Part shown: positions 1 through 23,818 of the stretch, piece after piece
Layout of the letters: every line of letters begins with the position of its first letter
Position numbering within the stretch: position 1 is the first letter of the stretch
Source of the DNA: the human T2T-CHM13v2.0 reference genome, Homo sapiens
Length of the DNA: 64,000 bases
Assembly (NCBI RefSeq): GCF_009914755.1
Contig: NC_060926.1
Strand: one strand, 5' to 3'
Program-made: the position numbers and the translations under genes
Notes under the pieces: model-generated
Databases searched by the model: none
Told to the model about the DNA's origin: nothing
The model's input: the letters and a program-made list of their open reading frames with translations, nothing else

Positions 1-127
1 AAAATGATGATTCTTGCATTTTATGTCTCCTACATTTAATAAAATCTTACTGTAATAAAATACTGCCCATTCTCCCCCTTTGGTTTATATTTAATGTATT
101 ATTTATGTCAATATGGATTCATTAATT

Positions 128-422
128 TTTTTTTATTTTTGAGATGCAGTCTTGCTTTGTCGTCCAGGCTGGAGTGCCAAGGTGCGATCTCAGCTCACTG
201 CACTTCCACCTTCCGGGATTCAAGCCATTCTCCTGCCTCAGCCTCCCAAGTAGCTGGGACTACAGGCATGTGCCACCATGCCCAGCTAACTTTTGTATTT
301 TTAGTAGAAGCGGGGTTTCACCACACTGGTCAGGCTGGTCTCGAACTCCTGACCTCAAGTGATCTGCCCGCCTCGGACTCCCAAAGGGCTGGGATTACAG
401 GCATGAGCCACTGCACCCGGCC
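128..422 (-). mobile_element. AluS element
   Basis: Poly(T) followed by the reverse complement of the Alu consensus, ending at ...ccactgcacccggcc. Explains ORFs 94..450 and 144..362. Confidence 0.95.
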
Positions 423-429
423 TGGATTA

Positions 430-1990
430 ACTGAAAATTTTCTTCTGTAGATTGTAATATATTACTATTGTTATTTATTTTATTGCCCCAATTTTCTCAA
501 ATTTGGCTATGTAACTTTATTCAAAGTGGATTCTGTTTCCTTTTCACATTTTCCCCGTTTTGTATTTCCTTACTTTCTAGCATGACAAAATATTTCAAAC
601 TAATCTTCTATTTTCCCTGCCTAATCCTGATGTCAAATATGTTCCCAAGGAGCCTTGGTTCCTTTAATTGGAGAATGGTTTTCTCATTGTTACTGGGATG
701 ATGTTTCTAGGCCCTTTTGTTAGAGGAGCTAGAAAATGCATGTATGTATACTCACACATTTATACACATCTATATGTATACAATTATCCGTCTGTACATA
801 TACTAAAAACAATGACTTCATATAATACTTTTGATTCCAATCCAACACTACAGGATGCATTATAGCCTTTCTCCTTCCCTTATTTGTAACTCCATGCTCT
901 GATGGTAGAAAACCTGGCTCTCATCAGACCACCATCACGAACGTCACCGCTAACTATCCACGCTAGAAAGTTCATGACCAACAGACTACTTCCGAGGAAA
1001 CAAATGCTCACTGATGTCCTTCACCTCGGGAAGGCAACAGTGCCTAAGACAGAAATTCGGGGAAAACTAGCCAAAATGTACAAGACCACACCAGATGTCA
1101 TCTCTGTATTTGGATTCAGAACTAATTTTGGTGGTAGCAAGACAACTGGCTTTGGCATGATTTACAATTCTCTGGATTATGCAAAGAAAAATGAACCCAA
1201 ACACAGACTTGCAAGACATGGCCTCTATGAGAAGAAAAAAACCTCAAGAAGGCAATAAAAGGGAACGCCAAGAACAGAATGAAGAAAGTCAGGAGAACTG
1301 CAAAGGCTAGTGTTGGTGCTGGCAAAAAGCTGAAGGAGTAAAGGTGCTGCAATGATGTTATCTGTGGCCATTGTGGATTTTTCATGAGATTAATAAACCA
1401 AAAAGAAAAAAAAGAAAGCCTGGCTCTCATCCACAGTATATTTACATTTTGTTCAATCCTAGCATACACAAAATTTCACATTTGCAAACTCATACCCTTG
1501 TGAAAACACATTTGTAAACTATAGTGAAGTATTTGTGCAGTTTTGTCTTTAGCCTTAAAGATACAGTCAAGAACTCTTGCTTTTTTTAAGTTACTTTGTT
1601 TAGCTCTTTTGTGCCCCAATTCTGTGTGGTTCTAATAATAATTTGTAAGAGTTGAGTTCATTTGTTACTGTTTGTATTCCATTCCCCCATATCTGGTAAA
1701 TTTAAATTATTTATTTGAGGGCATGTGAAATATTATAACTCTTAAGAATTAGAGCTAAGAAAAATGCTCAGCAAAGTGTCATTCTTCCCTCTTTTGTGCT
1801 ATTGTTTCTATTACCCCATTCTTTCCACCCCATTCACACTCACCCTCTGTAGGTAAACAATCTGTTTCTGGATTTTATTTCCCTGTATTTATTTTGCACA
1901 AAAGATCATACATGCATATTTCCTTAAATCCTATCCTTTTCTACATGAAGCATAGTACACTATACATACTTTTTGCACTTTGCTCTTGCT
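430..1990 (-). mobile_element. Old L1M (L1MC/L1MD-like) 3' region, host of the RPS24 retrocopy
   Basis: AT-rich sequence resembling an ancient L1 3' UTR on both sides of the RPS24 TSDs. Subfamily from recall only. Confidence 0.45.
926..1412 (+). pseudogene. RPS24: Processed pseudogene of 40S ribosomal protein S24
   Basis: Translation [97 protein letters not shown] matches RPS24. Intronless; ATG changed to ACG (atcACGaac); premature TAA at 1256-1258; AATAAA at 1392-1397; A-tail; 19-bp TSD agaaa(a/g)cctggctctcatc at 907-925 and 1413-1431. Confidence 0.95.
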
Positions 1991-3689
1991 TTTAACACTA
2001 GTGCATTATATTCATTTTAAAAGTTAAACATAGTTTTATGAACTCTAATAACATTTTTATCTTCTAGTTTCAAGATCCTTCACATTTCTGATTTTGTTTC
2101 TATTGTCTAATTTACTCCTGATTATGCTTCACATTCTCCTGCATCTTGGCATGTCTAGGAATTTTTTTTTTAATGCTGGAAATGTGAGTGGTTGCACTGT
2201 TGTTTTTTTCCTTTAAAAATGCTATACTTTCCTCTGGCAAGCAGTATGAGTTACTTGTATCAGTTTGATCTTTTAAGGCCTCTTTTTAAGCTTTATTATG
2301 GTTGGCATACAAACAGGCTTCATTCCTGGTGTACTTTAGCTCGACTACTAAGGCATAGTCCCGTGAGCTATCACCAGGGACTCTCAGTAGCCAGATTGCA
2401 TATATCTTTCCTCTTTGTCTCAACTCTGGGTATTATTCAGGTTGCATATTCCTAGTTATCTTATGCCAGTCTCATGGACTTGAACTCTATGCACGCACTG
2501 ATTAGTTCTCAGCAAAAATGCAAAGGGTACTCCAAGGGTATTACAAGAGCTTCTTCTCTTCATACTTTCATCCTTTCTGGAGCTCTGCCATGCACCCTCT
2601 GTCTCTCCAGTCTCTGGTTTCCTCAACTCAAAAAGCCTTTGAGGTTCTATTTGGGCTCCTTTCTGTGCCTGTGATTCAGAAATTGCAACTATGCAGAAAA
2701 CTGTGGTGATCATATAGCTGGCCTTGTTTGTTTCCTTTCACTGTTTTGTTCCATTGTTCAATACCTGAAACTAATTGATAAATATATTTGGTCCAGTTGT
2801 CTAGTTATTTACTTCTAGTTATTTACTTCTAGTTATTTGCTTCAAGAAAAGCAAGCTTGATCCTTGTTATTCCATCAGACCTGAGGGCAAAAATTTGGTC
2901 ATTCTTATCAAATTGTAAGTTTTTGATATCAAATTATAAGTAGCACTCACTGGCCAGAATGCCACCTTTGTGCAATATAGGAACAGCTGACCATTATTTA
3001 AGGTACTTTGTTACCATCTTCAAATTGCAGCAGTAAGTAATATACCAATCTATTATATGATGACTCTGAGGTAAAGAGTGCCCCTGGAGCTGTGCAAACT
3101 ACAACTTGCATGATCATGAACTGCAACTCTGGAAGAATTCTAGAAATATGGAGAAAAAAATGCTGCTACATGTCAGCTGGCAAAAGAAAATGGGGTAATG
3201 ATCACACTTTTTCATTAGAGGCTAGAATGGCTTGAAGGGAGTCTTAAGATAAATTAGAAATATGTCAACTACTAAAGGAAACATAATTCAAGAAGCATGA
3301 CAAGCTGGTGAATGTATACACTGAGAAGTAGTTATGGAAGACCAAATGACTGGATGCTTGACACTAAACCACAGTGTGTGATACAATCAAGAAATTAGAA
3401 ATCATCAGAATGTATGCAATTACACATTATTTGTACACAGATATGATATGTATATTTAGGGTATGTATCTACAAAATAATACATAATAGTCCCTCTATCT
3501 AGAAAAAAACCACTTAAATAAGCAACAGGAAAACTACTTAGTGGGAAAGAGGAAACAAAACCTGAGTATGAGAGTATGGAGGATCTATTCTCTTGACACT
3601 CACAGGGATGATAGATAAGACATGGAGCTAAGACCTTTTTTAGACTCAGTAGCAATTAAATAATTCTGTCTATGAGACAGTCAAGTTCC

Positions 3690-4530
3690 ATGCCTTTTCA
3701 TCTTCTAAAGCCTGCCTGTATTCCATGACTCACAGCCTCCTTCCAGCTTTGAAGCCAGAAATCACATCACTCTGACTTCTGCTTCCATCAAGTCTCCTTC
3801 TCTGACTCTATTTCATACCTACCTCTTTCTCTTATGAATATTCATGCAATTACTCACCTAGGTCATCTTCCTATCTCAATCACATATGCAAAAATCTTTT
3901 ACCATGTAAAACAACAAACATAGTTTTAAAAATATTTGGGATATAATTACATGCTCAAGTGTTCTATGAGGAGTATTGTGTGCCTCTACAGCGTATGCTA
4001 AATTAAATGAGTATCTTCCAAGGACTTCTCCAGAAGTGGAGAATAAAGTATAGTCCCTGAAACCTGTGAATATGTTACCTGACATGGAAAAGGAGATCTT
4101 GTAAATGTGATTAACTTAAGCACCTTGAGATAAGATTATCATGGATTCTTCAGAGGGCCCAGTATAATCACAAAGATCCTTTGAAGAGAAGGAAGGATGC
4201 ATAGGAGAGTCACAAGGAAATATGAATAGTAGGAGATTTAAATTGATGTGATCTAAAGAGGACTCAACTTGGTGTTGTCTCATTTGAAGCTGTGGGCAGC
4301 AGGGCCATGAGCTAAGGAATGTAGTCAGCTCATACAAGCTGGAAAAGGTATGAAAACAGATCATTCTCTAGAGCTTCCAAAGGAAGCCCAGCCCTGCTAA
4401 CACTTTAATTTTAGACTCATAGAACCATTTAGACTTATGAATTCCAGAACCAAAAGGTTAAAAATTTACATTATTTGAATCTACTAAGTTTGTAGTGATG
4501 TGTTACATCAGAAATAAGAAAACTAATACA
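3690..4530. mobile_element. Two MLT1-type MaLR LTR fragments in opposite orientations (about 3690-3990 and 4050-4530)
   Basis: Typical MLT1 motifs (cctgtgaatatgttacct..., ...ttctctagagcttcc...ccagccctgctaacac..., end ...aaaactaataca). Confidence 0.7.
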
Positions 4531-4591
4531 CATGAACAAGAATATATCAGAACGATTAGTATCAAGTATTAGGAGTGGTAAAATCAACCTC

Positions 4592-4672
4592 AGACAGAGG
4601 TTGCAGTGAGCTGAGATTGTGCCACTGCACTCTGGCCTGGGCGACAGTTGAGACTCCGTCTCAAAAAAAAAA
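4592..4672 (+). mobile_element. Alu 3' fragment
   Basis: gaggttgcagtgagctgagattgtgccactgcactc...gagactccgtctc followed by an A tail. Confidence 0.9.
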
Positions 4673-6056
4673 GTATCCCTGATCCTAGGACAAATTCCTT
4701 AAGCTCTCCTATAAACTGCATAACCAGAACCCCTCACTGCAGACATACCTAGACAAAGCATCCTCTGTCTCCTTTCTCCCAATAAGATGAAGGGCAGCCC
4801 CCACTGTGTGTACATCCCCTAAGAAATGCTTTGGGCTCATCATCCCAAAGTTTAGAGCTTATTTCTTTGGAATACTAACCACCTCCATCTCAGAACAGTC
4901 TGGGGCAGTCCCTTGTGGAAATTCCCCTGTGGTCACCTTTAGGGCAACTCCAGCTAAGTGCTAGACTAGAGGAAGAAGTCGGGGAGTCAGCAGAATTTTA
5001 AGGAATGGGCTGGCGCAAAGAGGATCCCACTGGGAGATCCTGAGATGCCTGCAAAGGTCTATGTGGGCTTTGTTGCCTGCCCCTCCCTGATGCCTGTGGG
5101 CTGCCCCGGGGATGCTGAGATGCTCCAAAATCTCCAGCGGGATACAGAGGGCCGATGGAGGGTCTGAAATTGCAAACAGTCAGTAAGGAAGTCCGGTGCT
5201 TGGATAGACAGGGAAAGGATTGGTTGGCATCAGCCATGGGCGGCCTGCCAAGAAACAGGCTAAGCTGGGGGCCCAGAGCAAGGTGTCAAGGTATGCAAGG
5301 CTCTTGGGAAACAATGATGAATAAGATGATATCCTCAAGGGACACAGGGTCTAATAGAAGACATAATTATACAGAAAGATGATTCTGGTTTCTATGTTCT
5401 ATGCTGGAGTAGAATTACATACCAGGGACTGAGGTGGGCAAAAAAATGGAGTGTTTAATTCTGGGTATGGTAGTCTGAGAAAGTTTCCCAAAAGAGAAGG
5501 CAGACTGATAATAATTATCAGTGAGAAATGTTTCAATAAAAGTGGCTGCCAAATGGAGGGAGGGATTTCCCCTCTGAGGGAGTTGGGGTGATGGTAGGAG
5601 TGGTGGACTCTGGAAAGCTTCACAGAAGAGCTGATGCGGTAGGCTTTGCAGGATAATTATGGGTGTGTAATTTTGAAAAGCAAAGGGAACCAACCTGGCA
5701 AACGGTTGGCAGCACAGAAGTGTACAGCGAGTTTCGTAAATGGTGTGTAGTACAGTGGCTAGGATGTAGGTGTAGGACGGAAGTCTAGTGTAGTGCCCAA
5801 GTGTAGGGGGCTTTGATTTTTATATGAGGGACTGTGACTATTACAGCAGGTCCTTGAATAATGTCTTTTCATTCAACATCATTTTATTGTAACGTTGATG
5901 AGAAAAAAACAATTCTCAGCCAGGGACTGTCTGTGTGGTCTTTCCACATTCTTCCCAGGTCCCTGGGGGTTTTCTCTGGGTATTGCAGTTTCCTCCCACA
6001 TCTCAAAGATGTGCCCGTTATGTGAACTAGCATTTCTAAATGGTCCCCATCTGAGC

Positions 6057-6083
6057 CGTGTGTGTGTGTGTGTGTGTGTGTGT
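6057..6083 (+). repeat. (TG)n microsatellite
   Basis: Perfect gt/tg run of about 13 units. Confidence 0.95.
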
Positions 6084-6560
6084 ACACTCTGACATAGGAT
6101 GGCATCCTATCCAAGATATAGGGCTGGGCTGGTTCTGCCTAGCGCCCTGAGTTGCTAGGGGACACTCTGGCCACCCACGACCCTGAACTGAAACACGTGG
6201 GTAAGTAATAATCTTACTTGTTTTTGTCACTGGTAATTAACAGGTTTTTCCCTGCTCTGTAGTAGTTGCAAAGCAAGAAAACCCAATGAGAAACAAAGTC
6301 AAACAGGTTTTCTTCCTGGCTGAGCACGGAGAAGAAAAGACTTCTTGCTCTAAAGACACTCTCCCCCTGAAAAATAGAAGGTATGGGGTTTTGAAGAACT
6401 GGGTACAGGGAGGGAGAGCAATGTTAGCATGTGCAGGGTGGGACTCCAGGTGCACAGGTTCAGTGCATAAACATACATCCTTATGCAACCCACGACACAA
6501 AATGGCAAGATTTTTTGGGGGGAAGGAATTTTAGTATTATAGTGATATGTTCATGATCTG

Positions 6561-6870
<310 letters not shown>

Positions 6871-7025
6871 GATCTAAAAGCAACTAGAGGTCACCTGTTC
6901 AAGTTTGTGCTGGTTGTGGTTGGGGATGTTACCTCCTTCTAATATCTGGTTGGGGTGGAGCAACTCTGGTGCTGTTGGGCCATCTGGTTTCTTTATGCAT
7001 TTGTGCCTACAAATAAAGAAACTAA

Positions 7026-7404
<379 letters not shown>

Positions 7405-7902
7405 TAATTTTTCTTAAATGTATGTAGAGCTCACATTTATTTCAGAGTTTAATACTGGAAGTGTTCTGGGCCTAAGTTTGGTGATGTTTTCGTGACCAGA
7501 AATATGCCATGGAAACAACTATTTCTATCAATTAGGCTATGGTAAAATTGGCGTAATTACAAGTCACAGTTTTCAAGAACATATTAAATCCTCACACTAT
7601 GTGAGAACTTACTGTATTCAATAGGCAATGGAGAGTCAGAAAAGTTTAAGCAAAAATGTGTAATTCTTCTATCAGAACATAATTGATAACACATAATTTT
7701 ATGAAACATCATGTTTATAACAAAGTTTTTAAATTATGTAGATATTATTAGGGTTGTGAAGATGAAGACTATATAAGCCCATTTATTTGCAAATCAGCAC
7801 ATAAACATAGTAGGATTAACAATATAAGCTGTAGCTTATGCTAAATGTTGGTGGCAGCAGACAATAAATTATGGAGAACTTCAGAGGACACTAAGGTTGG
7901 AT

Positions 7903-7962
7903 GGGATCTTGGAAGTTTTTTTTTTTTTTTTTTTTAATTGATCACGGGATCTTGGAAGTTTT
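7903..7962 (-). mobile_element. Ultra-short poly(A) retro-insertion with 17-bp TSD (possible SVA 3' tip)
   Basis: gggatcttggaagtttt repeated at 7903-7919 and 7946-7962, flanking T16 plus aattgatcac. Confidence 0.7.
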
Positions 7963-8686
7963 ACAGGTCAATGCCACTCCATCTATTGGCTGAGTTTCAC
8001 TAGGTTAATACATGAACAACAAAAAAATAACCTAGATCAGAAGTTAAAGATCATTTTATTGAGTATCTGCCACGTCTGTGCCATTGCAGTGTACTAGGTG
8101 CACTTATGAGTCCTCTACTTACAAATTGCTTTTCACAAAATATGAAACTCCAGGCAAAGGTTCAGACATATGACATTTGTTTTTAAAATCTGTATACAGC
8201 CTTGTATCCTTTTTCCTTTCCTTCCTTTTACCCTTTTTAAAATGTGCTATGGGTTTTATCTTAGACTAACATCTGTAATGTTGCTATACGCCAGGATTAA
8301 GTTGCTGTGTTTGATGAATCATAAAATGGTATAAAACTTCAATTAGTGTACTTTTTAAATAAAGTATCTATGAATGTATCCAGCAAAATGCTTATGATTT
8401 GAGTATTCACAAAATATTAGTTTTCTCTGGATCTAACAATAATGTGAAAACCCAAAATGAATATAAAATATTAGCTAATAGATTTCAAAGTATTCTAAAA
8501 GCACAAAAAGTATATGACGTTATTACTTTCATATACGTAAAACATTAATTTTTAGTCAACATAAACATCAACTTTACACCTAAACTTGTATTAATTCAAT
8601 TAAGAGTAAATTTAGTATCCTAAAGTCATCAAATATTAAAAAACAATGTATTCTGACTTGGAATATACATAAAATTAACTATTTTC

Positions 8687-16435
<7,749 letters not shown>

Positions 16436-16522
16436 AACCCTAACTACTGTTCACGAAAAGGGTCTACTCATTAGAACTGAAAATCATAAAATTGTAAGTT
16501 CTACAAAAATAAATCAACCTTA

Positions 16523-16741
<219 letters not shown>

Positions 16742-16982
16742 CTAAACTCACATCCAGAGCTGTGAGTTTTTCACCGGCTGGATAATTCACAGTTTTCTTG
16801 AATTAGGGGAAAAATAAGACTCAGAAACTAGGAATTCCTTTTGCCCAAAACTCTCATCAGATAGAGAATCCATCCACTAACTTTCTATCTAGTATTATTT
16901 CCATAAGTTAGATCAATATCACTCCCAAAACAAATGTACATGGCACCCAGAATCTGTGCATCTGCCAAGTAAAAGAGGAGGC

Positions 16983-17752
<770 letters not shown>

Positions 17753-18521
17753 AAGAAGTTCCTCTTCTTACTGAAAAAATAGATCACAGGGCATCAAGTA
17801 ACACATGAAATTCTTTATAATAAGCAGTATTATTTTTGGAAAACCTTTCCTAATATTTTGGTATCAGCAAAAACCCTCAAATTAATTTCAAACACTATAA
17901 AAATACAATACATAAACAGAAAATATTAACTGTCAGCAATGCTATAGAGAAATTGGAAGCTGTATGCATTGCTTTTTGGAATGTAAAATGGTACAGCCCA
18001 CTGTAGAAAATGGTTTAGCAGCTCCTTAAAAATATTAAGCAGAGAATTATATGATCCACCAACACCCTTTAAGTGTATATACCCAAAATAACTGAGAGCA
18101 GGGACTGAAACAGGTATTTGTACACCCGTTTAACAGCAGCATTATTCACAGTGGCCAAAAGGTAGAACCAACCCTAATGCCCATCAGTAGGTGAATGGAT
18201 AAAGAAAATGTAATATATACATACACAGAGTATTATTCAGTCATAAAAAGAAAAATATCTGGCCAAATTCAGGGGCTTACACCTGTAATCCCAGTATTTT
18301 GGGAGGCCAAGGTGGACAGGTCTCTTGAGCCCTGAATTTTGAGACCAGGCTGGACAATATGGCACATTTGGTTAGAAGTGTTTGACCGTAACTACTACTC
18401 AAGAAAAATATCTACTCATTGGAACTATAAATCATAAAATTATAAATTCTACAAAAACAAATCAACCTTATCTACCACCCAGTCCTACCTAATTATAGAA
18501 TGTTAGAACAGAAGGTCTCAC

Positions 18522-18676
18522 CGTGGACTCAAGAGCTGATATGAGCAATGTCACCAGCATCCTGCTCTCCGCGGACTCATCTTCAACGGACTCCTCGTCT
18601 TCAACAGACTCCTCATCTTCCATGGACTCCTCATCTTCAATGGGCAGGGTGGAAACTGCAACTTGTGCCATGATCC
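18522..18676 (-). pseudogene. GTF2I: GTF2I/GTF2IRD2 first coding exon, copy 2
   Basis: Acceptor ttttttgcatag|GGATCATG. ATG at 18671 gives [50 protein letters not shown]. Donor GTGAGA. Confidence 0.9.
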
Positions 18677-18959
18677 CTATGCAAAAAATAGTAAGATACT
18701 GAATGGTAGAAATCCAGTATCCTAAACTCACATCCAGAGCTGTGAGTTTTTTTCACCGGCTGGCAAATTGTTTTTTTGCATCAGAGAAAAAAATAAAACT
18801 TGGTAACTTGGTATTCGATTTGCCCAAAACTCTCATCAGATAGAGAATTCATCTGCTAACTTTCTATCCAGTATTATTTTCCATGAAGTTAGATGAATAT
18901 CACTCCCAAAATAAATCCACGTGGCAACCAGAATCAGTGCATTTCTCCCAAGAGGAGGT

Positions 18960-19789
<830 letters not shown>

Positions 19790-21041
19790 CTATTAACTAT
19801 TAATCCAAATAACGTTTTCTAATTCAGAAGAAATATATAACATGTCTATTTGGTAGCTTGAAAACATTATTTTAAAATACAAATACAATACACCCAAGTA
19901 GGCTTGGGAATTTAATATTAGTTACTCTAACCACATGATAAAATTACTGGATATTGGAATCTGAAGAAGCACAACTATGCTTCAAGTACCATGCTCATCT
20001 GTCACTGACACACACACATACACAAGTGTGAATGCTTGCTTTGCTCAGACAATTAACTGTAAATAAGCTCAGGGTTTGCTGTGGAATGTTCCCTGCTTTC
20101 CATTTTCACTATGGTGAAAGTTATGGAAACTCAATCTCCATAATTTAAGCAAACCTGTACTTTAAGTAACTCATAAGTAAAAATTTAAGGTACTACCCTT
20201 TAGTGTCAAAAACATTTTAATCCAGGTAACATAATCTGTCTGCTTCTAAAAACTGGCATATAAAGCAACAGGTCTATTAGGCAGTCACAAGGTAAACAGG
20301 CTCATCCTACTGGAACAGAAGTTTTACTCACAAATATGAAAGAAATAATCTAAAATATCAGAATGCCAGTTAGGATTAAGACCACAAGCTGCCCCCAGTA
20401 CACATCCTCTGTCCTTAAAGATCTGAACTACTAACATGGAAAAGATTGAAAAACACTGTCTTCAAGTATAAATAAAAATATATTACATTTCAGTAAGAAT
20501 ACATTGTTTAGGGGGAAGGGAAGCAGATGCTCATCTATTTTGTCCTATCTATTGATAACTAAATTCAGAAGCTGTACTAAAAGTAAAGTAAAAGTTATTA
20601 ATACATCTCTTAATTTTTAAAGAGCAATGATTACAGTCAGAAAAACTCATTTGGTGGCTAGTATTCTTGAATTAAAAGTGCCATACTGAAGTGAAATCTT
20701 TTTGGTTTTCAACATCTACCTTTTTCATGGCACAATTACTTTGGGATTCTTTTCCACTTACTGCATATTGTGAAAACTCACCTGAACTCAAAACTCTAGG
20801 TAAATCTATAAACCTGTATCTCAGAATCCATGTTTAATTCATTTGTAAAGTATACTTTCTCTGCACACATTTCCTCTCTCCTTTTAACCTTAATATTCGG
20901 ATTTAGGGAGCATTAAGTTCCTTGACTGTAAAGTCAACAAAAAAAAGAGATATGAAGTCAAAGGAATGGGAGATAATGTACAAGAAGGCAGTAGTTAGAA
21001 AGTAAAATTTCAATAAAGAATAACAGTTAAGATGGTTGTTC

Positions 21042-21405
21042 ATGTTATTACCCAAATGCCAGGAGTTTTGTCCAGGTCCTCCTGCTCACGGGACAGAAAG
21101 CCAGTCACTGAGGTGACAAGTACTGCCAAGGAAGAAAGCTTTAACCTGGTGCTGCAGCCCAGGAGCTGGGAGCTCAGTCCCAAATCCATGGGCTTGACTA
21201 ATAGGAGCAGGAAAGAAACATAACAATGTGTGAGAGAACAGAAATTAGGGAAGGGCAGGAGGCATGTGGTGCTGTGATCTGGTATGTTTCAGTTATCTGA
21301 TACTTCCTGAAGGTCTTTTTTTGAGGAGAGAACTCAGATAAAACAGATCCAAGTTTCAAGCTTTAACAGCAGGGTCAATTTTTACGTTCATCCAAAAAAA
21401 ACACA
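21042..21405 (-). mobile_element. ERV1-type LTR fragment (MER4/MER57 group)
   Basis: tgttattacccaaatgccagg...cagaaagccagtcactgag...gccaaggaagaaagcttta... typical of reverse-strand ERV1 LTR ends (recall). Confidence 0.5.
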
Positions 21406-22136
21406 TCCATCAAAGTGGGTGCATGATGCACTTACCCATTCAATTGTGTCAATGTAAGCAATGATTCTGTAGTTCCTCTTTGTTCTTTCAAAATCTGAAA
21501 TAAACAATTGAATTTATATTATATGCTAAACCTAAAGAAAATACATCTTGTGCACTTGAGGCCAGAAGAGATAGAAGTAAAACTTATTACTAATAGCCTA
21601 TGAGAGAGTCAACTTTGGGAACACTATAAAAAACTCAAAAAAAGTAATAAACGCATAAAACTTACAGATTAACAGGTGCTATTTCAGAATTCTTCTAAAT
21701 ACCAAGTATCGACATGACCTTATCAATATTTGCATTACCAACCATACAATAAGAACCTGACTTCTGACTATACTGAGATAAGGGATAAATGTGTACTTTA
21801 CCTTAAATGGCAAAGTGCATCATGTACCCACTTCGAGATTCACAACAGGGAAAACTGATTTGAAAAATTGTTGCTTGTGAAGTTCATTTGTATGTTAAAA
21901 AAAGGCCAATACGTTTTCCATTTTCCACATAGAAAACGAATACTATACTTATAAATACTAAAACACAGTCTGTGGAATACAAGGAACCATTAAATAGAAA
22001 CGGTATGTAGGAAAATGGAAATGAAAAGATTATACATTGCAAAGACTTCAGTAGAAGGAGTTTTTCGTCAATATCATCAGCTTCAGAAGGGCCTGCTTTG
22101 GGATACAAAGACAATACTTCAACAGTAACTCCCCCA

Positions 22137-22329
22137 AGCCAGACGCAGTGACTTATGCCTGTAATCCCAGTAATTTGGGAGGCCAAGGCAGGCAGATCTC
22201 TTGAGGTCTGGAGTGCGAGACAAACCTGGCCAACAGGGAGATACACCGTCTCTACCAAAAAATACAAAAATTAACCAGGTGTAGTGGTATGCACCTATAT
22301 ACAGTCCCAGCTATATGGGAGGCTGAGGC
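22137..22329 (+). mobile_element. Truncated AluJ, possible duplicon junction
   Basis: Alu sequence stops abruptly at ...ggaggctgaggc. Confidence 0.85.
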
Positions 22330-23818
22330 CAATGTACTCATTTTTTCATTCCTGCACCCAAGAAACTGCAACCAATCTACTCTGTTAAGAGCAGAGATAA
22401 AGGGTTTAGACTCCATATTACATGTAAAATAGAAGAAACGAATCAGTTTAGTATGAACTTGTATGCACTGTTGGAGAGGAAAGTAGGTTAAGAAGCCATT
22501 AAGATACATGAAGGAAGATCAAATGTCAAAGAAAACTAGAAATTCAGATTTATTTATGTAGCTCTAGAAGGAAGAACCAGGAATGGTGGAGAATGAATGT
22601 AGAAAACATTTTTAGTGAATAAAAGCATGAGATGATAACACAAGCAGCCACCAATGGAACAAACTGATGTGAAACAGTGGATTTGCCGTCACTGAAGCTA
22701 TCCAGTCTCTGACTGTTGCAGGTATTACAGAGCTATCAAGAGTTTTAGTAGGCGGCTGGGGTTCCTTTCAGATCTAACATGCCATGATGCCAAAATGCTG
22801 TACATGCTCTCATCTTTTTCTGGCTCATTTTTTTTTCTCTCTTCAGGTTTCTTAACCTTTTAACTACTTCCCTGTATTAATAATCACGTAAACCATGCAC
22901 TCAGTCTTCTGAAGTAAATTTCTTTATCTTTCGCTTCACAAATAAACATCTTTGATGGATGCAAACACCGCAGGAAAGCCACCTAAGCAGATATGACTTC
23001 TCAACTTTTTTTAAAGTGATTTCCATTCATCGCTAATTCCAAACAAAACAATTGCAAACTATCATAAAATTATTAGAAAGTGAAAATGGGAGGCATTGGT
23101 TAAATATGTGTTTAGTATGCTTCACCATGTCCTCAAACATATTTAAAAAGTTAATTCACACTTCTTTAAGTGCATTGGGGGACTTGCTTTAGATTAAGAA
23201 ATATGTTAACTATTTCAGGACACTAAGGACCTTACAAATCTGAATTAGCTCAGATTGGCTGCTATCTCCTCAATTATTTTCTGATAAATAAGAAACAAAC
23301 AGTAAATAGCAACTTCCACAAAATCTACCAGTAGTACACAAGGGCAGCCAAACTTCAAAATTCTTGCCACTCAAACTCTAGATGGTTACTATTTACTAAA
23401 ATGTAAATAATAAAAAGACTTTTCTCAATCTTGTCCTCCAGAAGAAAAGCCATGAAGTTCAAACACTAACCAAACAAAGGGTAACCAAACAAAGGGTAAG
23501 GAGAAACATTTATATATTGGTGTTCCTTTTGTTAGTGTCTTCACATACAACACTCCTCAATTTTAAACAGCACTTTCTTTCAGAAGACAAAACCAAGACA
23601 AAATGGTAGAAATCAAAGGGTTACAGACTTTGATTTAAAAGGCATAACCTTTTCAAAAATGAGAGTTATCGATGGATCACTTACGAGAACAAATTCCCTG
23701 GCACTAGGATAAACAGAGGTTGGAAAACCATCTTTCCAGGTGCTATAAAACAGAATCCTCTCATGGTGCAAGAGTCCTAATTCTAGGGGTCTAGGATTAT
23801 TTTTATTATTATTGTTAC

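Noticed and set aside
902-1258. 118-aa ORF as a functional RPS24 gene
   Set aside because: Start lies in flanking DNA, the native ATG is lost, there is a premature stop, and the TSD/poly(A) mark a retrocopy.
2801-2843. Short direct repeats (14-bp ctagttatttactt x3; also 15-bp duplication at 23467-23499)
   Set aside because: Typical slippage duplications with no further structure.
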